Assembly (NCBI GenBank): GCA_964035545.1
Contig: CAXIUT010000176.1
Coordinates: 1 to 27,458, forward strand
Direction: 5' to 3'
Length of the DNA stretch: 27,458 nt
Origin: Bugula neritina
Lineage: Eukaryota; Animalia; Bryozoa
Below the pieces are notes generated by a model. It did no database searches. It saw nothing but the letters and a program-made list of their open reading frames with translations, and was not told the DNA's origin. The stretch's first letter is position 1, and every line of letters begins with the position of its first letter. Positions 10,426-19,956 of the stretch are shown piece after piece. A program made the position numbers and the translations under genes.

Positions 10426-13344
10426 ATGTCAGAGATCATTGATCCAGTTTTATCAGAGGAGAATAACTATACAAAAAAGTTATTGATGACCAATCTTGAA
10501 AGTACAGTCAATCGAATCTTACCTACCTTTAAAGAAAATATGCCAGCGAGTTATTTCCACGCTGTAGACGAAACCGATCAAATTGCTCATATCAGTACAT
10601 TAGCCACTTCAGGGCTTGCAGGAATTGATCACAATTTAGTTCTTACCAGTAATTTTGGCCAGTGTTACACCTTTATCAATAATAAAGATTACAGTGGCCT
10701 GCTCAGTGAATTAATCCGTCAACTGCCGAAAGATAAACCTTTACAATCTGCCAAGGTCTTTACCTCAAAAAAAGGTGATGTCGCTATTGACATTTTTGAT
10801 TTCGAACCTCAGCGAACTTTTGAAACAAAGAACCCTGAAAATCATAAACGCCTTGACCAACTAATTGATTCAATTACAGAGTTTGAGCCCGATCTTGAAA
10901 TGGAAGATCTGATTAAACTACTGCATACCTGTTCAGAAGATTATGTTATGACGACGAGTGATCGTCGCCTATGTCAGCATTTTAGGATGATCCAGAATTT
11001 ATGGGGCACAGATGATGTAAAGCTCAAAACGTTGACGCATTCTAAGAAAGGTCTGACCGATATTACAATCGGATTTGGGAATGGCGATTCAAGGGAAATT
11101 TTTGAGCGTGTCTGTGCCTACTTTGGTCTGCATAACATCAACATACACCGCGCACATTTTGAAACATTTCTAAACGAAAAAAATGAGCGCGTTTCTTTGA
11201 TTGGATTTCTTATTTCTAATGAAGAAAAAAATAATATCGACTTAGATAGTAATGAGTGGAAAATTCATCTATCTCATTTACAAAGAATTCCTACACTAAG
11301 CGAAGATGTTTTAGCGCTGTATTTCAAAAATAATGGTTGGGGCTTGCAACATGCTGAATTGCTTTATGCAATGGCTCGTCTTGCACACCAACGTTTATGC
11401 AAAATAGATCCATACCAATATTCATTGGAACGCATTTGTGAAGTGTTAATAAAACATCACAATTTATCTCAGTCAATTTTTGAATATACATTGGTTAAAT
11501 TCAAATCAGAAAAAACATCTTTTGCAAAAAAATCACAAATAATTTTAGACGAAGATCTAATGAGCCTGTCCGAAAGTCATGCTGAAATTTTACGCACAAT
11601 TGAGATGGCAGCTCACAGTATTTTAAAAACAAATATTCATTTTGATTCTCGCTATGCGCTTGCTTTCCGTATTGATCCACCGTTTTTACAAGTGGCAGAT
11701 AGAGACGTTTTACCACATGGTGTGTTTTTTATGCATGGTAAAAATTTCATGGGATCTCATGTGCGTTTTAGAGATATTGCGCGAGGTGGCATGCGTATTG
11801 TGCGTCCAAGAAATGCGGATGATTATTTGCATGAATCTACACGTTTATATGACGAAAATTACGCGTTAGCCTATGCACAACAATTAAAAAATAAAGACAT
11901 TCCAGAAGGTGGATCAAAAGGTGTGTTGCTGACAACAGCAAATAGTGACCAAGAACAATGTGGTCGTGCATATGCAAATAGTATTTTAGATCTGATTTGT
12001 AGCGATGAAGAATCGAAATTGATCGACTATTATGGTGAAGAAGAATTAATCTATCTCGGACCGGATGAAAATGTTTCTCCGCAATTAATTGATTGGATCA
12101 TCAAACGTGCGCATGAACGAGGTTACCCAATGCCGAATACGTTTATGAGCTCCAAAGCTGAAACGGGAATTAATCATAAGGTATATGGCGTTACAAGTGA
12201 GGGTGTGACGGTATTCCTTGATACTGCTTTACGTCAAAGTGGGATTGATCCAACACGTGATCCATTTACAGTGAAAATCACCGGTGGCCCGGATGGTGAT
12301 GTTGCTGGAAATGAAATCCTTATTCTCCATCGTGAATATGGCGACAATGCCATCATTACTGGTATTGCCGATGGGAGTGGTACCGCGGAAGATCCTGCTG
12401 GTTTAGATCATCAAGAATTGATCCGCTTAGTTAAATCTAATCTGCCTATCATCGACTTTGATCAATCTAAACTAAGTACAGATGGTTGTATAACAAATGT
12501 GTCTACGCCTGAAGGAATCCAAGTACGAAATACAATGCATTTTCGACTTGTTACCGATGCCTTTATTCCTGCTGGTGGTCGTCCACAAGCAATTAATAGC
12601 ACAAACTGGCAACAATTTTTACAACCTGATGGAACACCTTCAAGCCGTATTATTGTTGAAGGTGCAAATCTTTTTATCACAGCGGAAGCAAGGAAAAAGC
12701 TTTCCCATTCTGGCGTTGTTATTGTCAAAGATAGTTCAGCAAATAAATGTGGCGTTATCTGTTCCAGTCTTGAAATTCTCGCTGGTATGCTGACAACCGG
12801 ATCACAATTCCTGAGCATAAAGGCGGAATATACTAAAGAAGTATTAGTTAGATTACGGTCGCTTGCGCAACTTGAAGCTAACGCTTTATTTCGTGCTCAA
12901 GCTCACTTCCCACATTTAACATTACCAGAACTAAGTATGGAAATGAGTGTTCAGATAAACCGACTCCAGGATGCCGTTGTTGAATTGATTATCAACCCAA
13001 CGAGAAGTCATCAGAAACAAATGCAAGCGCTGGTAAAAAAATATATTCCTGATGCCTTACGTGATCTGGTCGGGAACGAAGCTGTAGAGAAAGTACCGGT
13101 TATTTATACTCAGCAAATCGTCGCGTCTGTTCTTGCCAGTCAAATTGTCTATAACGAGGGTATCGATTTTTGTTGGCATATGAATAAAGAAGTGATGGCT
13201 GAACTTGCGCTTAAATATTTACATCATCAAGAAGAAATAAATGATCTGATTGAAATTGTTAGTTTAAGTAATATAGATCAAAAAGAGCGAATTGCCGCAT
13301 TACTTAAAGCGGGTGGAACAGGTGCAGCATTAAAACTTCATTAA
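10426..13344 (+). CDS. NAD-specific glutamate dehydrogenase, ~110-kDa class, with ACT-like N-terminal domains
   Basis: HVRFRDIARGGMRIV, QQLKNKDIPEGGSKG, YLGPDEN, GINHKVYGVTSEGV, TGGPDGDVAGNEI, FIPAGGRP, IVEGANLF, KDSSANKCGVICSS. Confidence 0.93.
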   Translation: MSEIIDPVLSEENNYTKKLLMTNLESTVNRILPTFKENMPASYFHAVDETDQIAHISTLATSGLAGIDHNLVLTSNFGQCYTFINNKDYSGLLSELIRQLPKDKPLQSAKVFTSKKGDVAIDIFDFEPQRTFETKNPENHKRLDQLIDSITEFEPDLEMEDLIKLLHTCSEDYVMTTSDRRLCQHFRMIQNLWGTDDVKLKTLTHSKKGLTDITIGFGNGDSREIFERVCAYFGLHNINIHRAHFETFLNEKNERVSLIGFLISNEEKNNIDLDSNEWKIHLSHLQRIPTLSEDVLALYFKNNGWGLQHAELLYAMARLAHQRLCKIDPYQYSLERICEVLIKHHNLSQSIFEYTLVKFKSEKTSFAKKSQIILDEDLMSLSESHAEILRTIEMAAHSILKTNIHFDSRYALAFRIDPPFLQVADRDVLPHGVFFMHGKNFMGSHVRFRDIARGGMRIVRPRNADDYLHESTRLYDENYALAYAQQLKNKDIPEGGSKGVLLTTANSDQEQCGRAYANSILDLICSDEESKLIDYYGEEELIYLGPDENVSPQLIDWIIKRAHERGYPMPNTFMSSKAETGINHKVYGVTSEGVTVFLDTALRQSGIDPTRDPFTVKITGGPDGDVAGNEILILHREYGDNAIITGIADGSGTAEDPAGLDHQELIRLVKSNLPIIDFDQSKLSTDGCITNVSTPEGIQVRNTMHFRLVTDAFIPAGGRPQAINSTNWQQFLQPDGTPSSRIIVEGANLFITAEARKKLSHSGVVIVKDSSANKCGVICSSLEILAGMLTTGSQFLSIKAEYTKEVLVRLRSLAQLEANALFRAQAHFPHLTLPELSMEMSVQINRLQDAVVELIINPTRSHQKQMQALVKKYIPDALRDLVGNEAVEKVPVIYTQQIVASVLASQIVYNEGIDFCWHMNKEVMAELALKYLHHQEEINDLIEIVSLSNIDQKERIAALLKAGGTGAALKLH

Positions 13345-13364
13345 GTTTCTCTGAAGGTTAGTGC

Positions 13365-13727
13365 ATGAATTTCAAGTCCAAAACGACCTGGCGAAATCTC
13401 TTTCTTTTCTTTGCCACGCTTATTTATTTTTTAGAAGGCATTCTGTTTAATCCTTTTGCGCTATGGAATTTTGTTCCATTATTAATTGCTTACAAATTGA
13501 TTTGTAATAGTTTAGATAAGAATTCCAAATCTCTATTCATTAGTTTTTTGATCTATTGTGTTTTAGCCCTGGGCTTATTATTTCTTGGGCATTTAGCATG
13601 GTATTTTGACTGGCAAGGTACAAAGACTAGCTCTTCAACTTCCGCACTACTTCTCCTTTTTCTACCTGTTTATGCATGCATTATTGGCGGCACAGGCTAT
13701 GCAATTTATTCGTTATTACTAAATTAA
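13365..13727 (+). CDS. Hypothetical membrane protein (about four TM segments)
   Basis: 120-aa hydrophobic, AT-rich ORF directly after the GDH gene. Confidence 0.65.
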   Translation: MNFKSKTTWRNLFLFFATLIYFLEGILFNPFALWNFVPLLIAYKLICNSLDKNSKSLFISFLIYCVLALGLLFLGHLAWYFDWQGTKTSSSTSALLLLFLPVYACIIGGTGYAIYSLLLN

Positions 13728-13752
13728 TTTTTAAAGAAAACGATTCTTTAAA

Positions 13753-14743
13753 CTAATCCCAAACCAACGGCGCTTCATCCATCATTGCCATTTGTTCCCG
13801 CAGTGAAAGAATATGTTCTTCCCAATAGTGATCAGAATTAAACCAGGGAAAGGCTTGCGGAAAAGCCGGATCATCCCAACGAATCGCAATCCAATAAGCA
13901 TGATGCATAATCCGCATAGTTCGTAGTGCTTCAACCAAATTTAACTCTGCACTATTAAATTCGTAAAAGTCTTCATAGCCAATTAATAGATCACCCAATC
14001 TTGCTGTCATATATTGTCGATCACCCGATAAAAAACATCCACAAATCCTGAATCGCGGGACCTGTTCTCGCATCATCAAAATCAACAATATGTGGGCCGT
14101 CGTCAGTCCAGAGGATATTGCCCGGATGAAAATCACAATGCAGTCTTAACGTTTCAATTTTCCCCGCACGATCAAAACAGCTTTTTATTCTACTGATGAC
14201 ATCGTCCGATAAACTGGCATAAGCTTCTTCGAGATGAGGTGGGATGAAATTATTCTTGATCAAAAATTCTCTGGGTGTGACCGCATAACTTTCAATATCA
14301 ATATTTGGACGATGTTGAAATTTTTGAGTTGAACCCATGGCGTGGATTCGCGCAATAAAGCGCCCCATTTGTTCAAGATGATCGGGATTATCTAGTTCTG
14401 GCGCACGACCACCGCGTCGCTGATAGATAGAAAATCGAAAAGGGCCGTGCTGATGTAATGTTTTACCATTATGAATAACTGGCGGAATGACGGGAATTTC
14501 TGCTCCACTTAAAGCAAGCGTATATTCATGTTCTTCAAGGATGGCATCATCACTCCAACGTTGCGGACGATAAAACTTTGCAACGATGGGTGCAGCATCT
14601 TCTAAACCAATTTGATAAACACGGTTTTCATAACTATTAAGTGCGAGTTGCCTGCCATCCGTGATGAGTCCAATCGATTCTATCGCGTCAAGTATTTCGT
14701 CAGGGCTGAGGTTCTTAAACGCTTCTGATGCGTCATGACTCAT
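13753..14743 (-). CDS. srkA: Stress response Ser/Thr kinase SrkA/RdoA (YihE); one apparent frameshift at ~14030
   Basis: LALNSYENRVYQ, VAKFYRPQRWS, RLHCDFHPGNILW, VDFDDAR, AIQDLWM. Removing one T gives WMFLSGDRQ, continuing to RWDDPAFPQAFPWF. Confidence 0.93.
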
Positions 14744-14746
14744 AGA

Positions 14747-15445
14747 TCAAGCTCGTGCTAATGCAACTAAACGAGCACGCACTTCTTCAGCCGTTGCTGC
14801 CGGTTCTGAAAAGGTAAACCTGACAATTTTATCACCCAGTCTTAAATGAAAACCTTCTTCATCAACACCCGCCATTACGGGATCTTTTTTACCAGTTTCT
14901 ATCTCAGCATCAGTACAATATTTTTTCATTGCATCGGCATGATCTTCATTCATATGCGTCACCATGCCGGCTTCTTGTTGTGCAGAAAATGGAATTGCTT
15001 TAAGTAACTTTTCGGATTCGATCCAGTGTATTTTTCCAAAGCCACCGATGAAGCGTGCACGCACTAATTCAAGTCGATAAAAATTAAAGTCATGTGTTTT
15101 ATGGTAACCACGCGATTGAGGAAAAAATTCATAATAACGCTGACTCGCTTGTTCCAGATCTTCTCCTTCCAGTTGATGAGCATCTGCAATCAACGTCAGC
15201 CTGGCACCTGTTTGTACTTCAACCACATCTTTCTCCGTGGTGATCAACGAGACTTTGGGATTCGCTAAAATATTTTTTGTATGCTGTGCAATCGTACTGA
15301 TCAATATTACCGGCTGACCGGTTTGATCGAGACAATACGGGACAATAGATCCAAAAGGATAACCCGGCATATCAACAGAATGAGTCGACAATATCCCTTC
15401 AACATTTTCTAAAAGTAAGGCACGTGCTTCGGTACTGGCTTTCAT
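14747..15445 (-). CDS. HugZ-family / pyridoxamine-5'-phosphate-oxidase-like protein with C-terminal DUF2470
   Basis: GILSTHS..PGYPFGSIVPY, ISTIAQHTKNI, RFIGGFGKIHW, MVTHMNEDHADA. Confidence 0.88.
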   Translation of the reverse strand: MKASTEARALLLENVEGILSTHSVDMPGYPFGSIVPYCLDQTGQPVILISTIAQHTKNILANPKVSLITTEKDVVEVQTGARLTLIADAHQLEGEDLEQASQRYYEFFPQSRGYHKTHDFNFYRLELVRARFIGGFGKIHWIESEKLLKAIPFSAQQEAGMVTHMNEDHADAMKKYCTDAEIETGKKDPVMAGVDEEGFHLRLGDKIVRFTFSEPAATAEEVRARLVALARA

Positions 15446-15452
15446 AATTTTA

Positions 15453-15936
15453 CTAGTCTCTGAAATTAGTGAATTGAACAGGTTGTTCTAACTTTGCTTC
15501 ACGTAACATCGCCATGACAGCTTGTAAATCATCGCGTTTTTTTCCCGTCACCCTGACTTGTTCACCTTGTATAGCGACCTGAACTTTTAATTTTTTATCT
15601 TTGATCATTTTAACAAATCTTACGTGCCATATCTGAGTTGATACCATGCTTTGCTGTCGCAACCATTCTGACACCTTTACCTAATTTTGTAATTTCGCCA
15701 ATGTCCAGACATCTGCTCTCAAGTTTTCGGCTGATCATTTTCGCCTGCAAAATATCAAGCACTTGTTTGATCTGAAAATCCGCTTCAGCGTGTAAGGTTA
15801 ATTCACGATCATTTTGTTCGACCTTGGTATCTGTACCTTTAAAATCGAAACGATTGGTGATTTCACGATTAGCTTGATCAACAGCATTAGTTAGTTCGTG
15901 TTGATCAACTTCAGAAACGATGTCGAATGATGGCAT
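15453..15936 (-). CDS. yajQ: YajQ family nucleotide (c-di-GMP)-binding protein; one apparent frameshift at ~15617
   Basis: [29 protein letters not shown] at the start and [29 protein letters not shown] at the end. Confidence 0.95.
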
Positions 15937-16032
15937 GTTACACCTCTTTAAATTTGTTACTTGTCAGTTTTATATTGTCATTTTGAACGGTAGTGTAGAG
16001 TTTTTTTTGTAGCCGATGAGCTAATTCTAATT

Positions 16033-16474
16033 AATCTTTCTTCTATAAGAAGCCGCTTCTATTTTTAAAACTGTCCTTTGTGGAAGTCACTAGCTCGACA
16101 TACTTGCCGAGTTTTGGAAACAGTAATGTCCGCTGGACAAAACTCCTCAATCTTTCTTTTTAGAAGTTACCTTTTCCTTTTAAACCATCCTTGGTGGATC
16201 TCTCCGGCTCGATATCTACACTTCGCATCCTGTTCCGTTTGATAACCGGCTAATGCTTCCTGCATTAGCGTTAATGAGACTGCGAGGCAATGCCTCGGTT
16301 CTCATTAACCCATGTCGAGCGTTCGAAAAAAATAATGTCCACTGGACAAATTTATTAACCTTTCTTTTTTAGAAGTTACTCTTTCCTTTTAAACCGTCCT
16401 TGGTGGATCTCTCCGGCTCGACATCCATGTCGAGCGTTCGAAAAAAATAATGTCCACTGGACATTATTTTTTTC
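16033..16474 (-). repeat. Three tandem ~116-nt structured repeat units; the middle unit carries a 94-nt insertion
   Basis: Units start at 16033, 16149 and 16357 (aa[t/c]ctttctt..agaag..ttttaaa..tcctt[g/t]gtgga..gctcga..aatgtcc[a/g]ctggaca). Units B and C are nearly identical; A is degenerate. Confidence 0.92.
16440..16474. terminator. Perfect inverted repeat with A/T tails; likely intrinsic terminator of the DUF2333 gene (potentially bidirectional)
   Basis: gaaaaaaataatgtcca-c-tggacattatttttttc (17-nt arms), abutting the DUF2333 stop codon. Confidence 0.6.
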
Positions 16475-17452
16475 TCACCCCTGTTCAAGTAAGTTTCTTA
16501 GATCTATAACGGCGGAGTTTGCTCTTGAAAGATACGATGCCATTACCAAAGAGTAATTTGCCGTGAAACCAAAGCCAGTGCCGTTTAACACCATTGGGCT
16601 CCATGTGAAGTCCTGTGTAGCTTCTAATTCTCGAATAATTTGTCGCATACTGATTACGGCGTTTTTCTTTTTTAAGACCTGGTTAAAATCTATTTCCATC
16701 GCATGCATCAAATGTGCTAATGCCCATGCTGTGCCACGTGCTTCGTAAAAGACATCATCTATTTCTAGCCATGGTGTTTTGATCTCTTGTATTGCTTCAG
16801 ACGGTGTAGCTTGTGAGGCTTCTGAATCACCTTGCAGATCAGTATTGATTCGTACTTGGCCGACGCTTGCACTGAGTCGTTGAGATAAACTCCCTAAACG
16901 TTTTTCTACGAGGGATAACCATTCACGTAAATTATCGGCTCGAGCATAAAATTGTGCATCTTGATCGGCTGAGTTTTGCAAACGTGATAGATAGCTCTTT
17001 AATGATTTAAGACCTGTCTTGTATTCCGACTCCGTTGCAGGAAACATCCAGGATTCACTGTCATAGTGCAACAGCGGTTCCGCATTCATCAGATCTTTAT
17101 CTTCTGTTGAGGTTGTTTGCGAACGGCTGAGATCATTTCTGAGAACTCTTGCCATGTCACGCACCTGGACTAGAACACCGAATTCCCAGTTTGGGATATT
17201 GTCCATAAACAGACTGGGCGGCATCATGTCATTACTTAAATATCCGCCACGTTTATTGAGTAGCGTTTCTGTTACATCGATCAATGTTGCGGTTGTGGTA
17301 TATCCAGTAACCGGTTTTTCTTGATCAGATCCCAGACGATTGACTACTGCTTCACGCACATCAAAAGCATCCGGTTCACTATCCCAATAGAACATCAAAA
17401 CCAACATAATGAAGATAATGAGTCCTACGCCTATACCAATATTTTTTTGCAT
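16475..17452 (-). CDS. DUF2333 family protein
   Basis: N-terminal TM then YWDSEPD, LLNKRGGYLSND, MDNIPNWEFGVLVQVRD, FYARADNL, TPWLEIDDVFYEARG, SPMVLNGTGFG, DLRNLLEQG. Confidence 0.9.
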   Translation of the reverse strand: MQKNIGIGVGLIIFIMLVLMFYWDSEPDAFDVREAVVNRLGSDQEKPVTGYTTTATLIDVTETLLNKRGGYLSNDMMPPSLFMDNIPNWEFGVLVQVRDMARVLRNDLSRSQTTSTEDKDLMNAEPLLHYDSESWMFPATESEYKTGLKSLKSYLSRLQNSADQDAQFYARADNLREWLSLVEKRLGSLSQRLSASVGQVRINTDLQGDSEASQATPSEAIQEIKTPWLEIDDVFYEARGTAWALAHLMHAMEIDFNQVLKKKNAVISMRQIIRELEATQDFTWSPMVLNGTGFGFTANYSLVMASYLSRANSAVIDLRNLLEQG

Positions 17453-17549
17453 TTGAAAATACCCGATTGATTTATAGTGATGAGGCTAAGGTAATTCGGT
17501 CTTTTGGGCAAGTGAGATTGTTGTGAGACTGCGATTAGATTGACTAGAT

Positions 17550-17858
17550 TTATTTGATTGCTGTCTTAATTGTGTCGCTATTACCAAGGTTATCGAGCCA
17601 GGTTAAAGAAAGCACGTCCCCAGGTTGAGTCTCTCCAAGATGGAATGAGAAAAATGGGTTTGTAGAAATACCGGTTCCAACATATGCGCTCATGACTAAT
17701 TCGTCATTTAATAGACAGCTGACCTCCCGAATATGATGGATTGGGAGAACGCTTTGGGTTTGTGGATCTTTACGACGTCCCGTTTCCATCGCATGACGAA
17801 TAATCACGCTTACGGTGGTAATACCAGATTCTGTTTTTGTACGCAGTTTAATCGTCAT
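17550..17858 (-). CDS. soxZ: Thiosulfate oxidation carrier complex protein SoxZ-like
   Basis: HAMETGRRKD, GISTNPFFSF, PGDVLSLTWLDNLG. Downstream of a soxY-like gene. Confidence 0.85.
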   Translation of the reverse strand: MTIKLRTKTESGITTVSVIIRHAMETGRRKDPQTQSVLPIHHIREVSCLLNDELVMSAYVGTGISTNPFFSFHLGETQPGDVLSLTWLDNLGNSDTIKTAIK

Positions 17859-17887
17859 ATAAAGCTATAATATTTGAGTTGTAGAAG

Positions 17888-18346
17888 TTATTCGCAACCA
17901 CCTTTAAGCACTTCAATATATTTTTGGTTTATGCAGATTTCATCCTTTGTTTCTACAACAACGAAAACATTAGATGATTTTGCCAGCTTAATTCGAGTGC
18001 GTAAAAAATCGCCTTTACCTTTACCCAGAAATGAGAATTGAGCCAGCAATGAAACGGGGTTTTTTTCAGCAAGCAGGCTAATTCTTTGTACATCGCTGAT
18101 ATCCGTTTTGATCGTAAGTGGAACAATGGCACCATTTTCTGCACCCGGTGGCATTTCAATTTGGATCCTGTCGGATTTTTTGATCAATCGATCACCAAAT
18201 AATTCTTTCAATACTTCAGGGTGAGTTTCTTTTTCAAATGCAGCGGTTGGCCATTCAGCTAGAACTTTTAAAGGGAAGAGGAAACCCGCCTTTATTAGGG
18301 CGATTGAAACCGTTATTGATCTGAGGAAATATCTGCGATGATTCAT
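17888..18346 (-). CDS. soxY: Sulfur carrier SoxY-like protein with a Tat signal and variant C-terminus GGCE
   Basis: Twin-arginine HRRYFL, AEWPTAAF, AENGAIVP, EKNPVSL, RTRIKLAKSSNV, and C-terminal EVLKGGCE. Confidence 0.82.
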   Translation of the reverse strand: MNHRRYFLRSITVSIALIKAGFLFPLKVLAEWPTAAFEKETHPEVLKELFGDRLIKKSDRIQIEMPPGAENGAIVPLTIKTDISDVQRISLLAEKNPVSLLAQFSFLGKGKGDFLRTRIKLAKSSNVFVVVETKDEICINQKYIEVLKGGCE

Positions 18347-19785
18347 TCTTTTAAGGCCGCTTCTTCTTCGAGTTCTTTTTCTAATTGTTCCAATCTAGCT
18401 CGTATTCGCTGTCGGTAATAATAATCAAGATTTTCTGATCGCTCTGCGTTTCTTAATTGATCACTCGCCAGCTGAGTATCACCACTGAGATAGTGATATT
18501 CAGCTAATGCTAAATGTGAATCTACCATGGAACCCGATCGGCCCTCAGCCTCAGCTAATAATTCGTAGTATTTTCGATCAGCACCATTTTGAATGCCGAA
18601 ATCCAGTAATATGGCTTTTGCCGCCTGGATCTGATTTACCTGTAATAAGGTTTCAGTAAACTTCATTACAACCGGCTTATAGCTTGGATATAACTTATTT
18701 AACTGAGAATAAATCTTCAATCCTTTTTCGTAGTTACCCGCTTCACTTTCTAATTCCGCAAGAGCAAGTAGGTAGCTGACATTATCCTTATCTTTATTCA
18801 ACAACACATTTAATTGATGACGGGCTTTTTTAATTTACGATCGCGACCTAAGGCGAGCGCATAACCATAGCTGGTAGCTTCTTTCGAAGTATAACTCCCT
18901 TCTTTTAGTGCGGTTGCAAATGTCTTCACTGCTTCTCTTGGACTTTTTGCAACCATAACCCGGATCCTTTCTCTTGCAAGTAAAAAAGCCTTACTATCCT
19001 GATGGTTTCGTGGTGGATAGAGTTTCAAACGGTTTAACGAATCCGCAATACGTGAAACCGTCACAGGATGAGTCCGAAGATATTCAGGGAAAAACTTTGG
19101 ATCTGTTAAGCGATTTGCTTTTTGTAACCGCTCAAAAAAGCCGGCATGCCGGTAGGATCAAACTCTGCGCGATATAACAACGCCATTCCCACCCGATCTG
19201 CTTCTTGCTCGTTTGCTCGTGTGAAGTCGATTTGATACTGAGCACCTCCAGCTTGAACCGCAGTTAATGCTGCAAGACCGGCATTTGGATTAGCGATACC
19301 AACCAGTAATGATCCAATCATTGCAACCGCAAGCGGTAAGCTCATCTGGCTTGCCTGTTCAAAACTTCTCGCCATATGGCGTTGTGTCACATGGGAAATT
19401 TCATGAGCGAGAACCCCAGCAAGTTCACTTTCTGTATGTGCATTTAAAATCAGACCAGCATTCACCCCGATAAACCCACCGGGGGCTGCAATGCATTAAT
19501 ATCTCTCGCAGCGATGGTGAAAAAAGTAAACTCCTGACCCGCTCCATCACTGTTCAAAACCAATCGACGGCCAATTGCTTGAAGATACTCCTGCGTTTCT
19601 AAATCATCTAAAATTGCACCATATCCCTGCAAACGGCGTAAAAAAGCAGCACCTAATTGGCGTTCTTTCTCTGGGGAGATAATGGTTGCAGCGGAATCTC
19701 CTATATCGGGTAGTTCGACAGCTGAAGCGGTCAAAATAAAGATGGCGACTAGACTACCTAGTAATGTTGGAAATGCTTTTTTCAA
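18343..19785 (-). CDS. bepA: Beta-barrel assembly-enhancing protease BepA (M48 peptidase plus TPR); three apparent frameshifts (~19490, ~19135, ~18830)
   Basis: Signal peptide then LPDIGDS, repaired INAFAAPGG, ESELAGVLAHEISHVTQRH, FTRANEQEADRVG, EYLRTHP, and a TPR-like C-terminus. Confidence 0.9.
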
Positions 19786-19956
19786 AATTCCTGTCCGTTA
19801 CATACTGAGATCCATATGACACAGAATATGGTCAAATGTTCTAAGCTTCCAATTGTTAACAAGAGCCATTTTCACTCATAAGCAATGCAAGGTAAAATCC
19901 CTCGCACATATTTACTCAGTGCAAAATGTAAACTTGATCAAAAAGGAAAGATTTAT

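Noticed and set aside
13357-13727. Integron cassette (GTTAG just before the ATG)
   Set aside because: No matching RYYYAAC or attC fold-back after the stop codon, and no integrase in the window.
16033-16474. CRISPR array
   Set aside because: Units are ~116 nt and conserved along their length, with no unique spacers of regular size and no cas genes.
19885-19956. Longer N-terminus for pfp given in the ORF track
   Set aside because: Conserved sequence begins at [13 protein letters not shown] (19957), which has an RBS. The same reasoning moved the starts of lptE to 3912 and yigZ to 1257.
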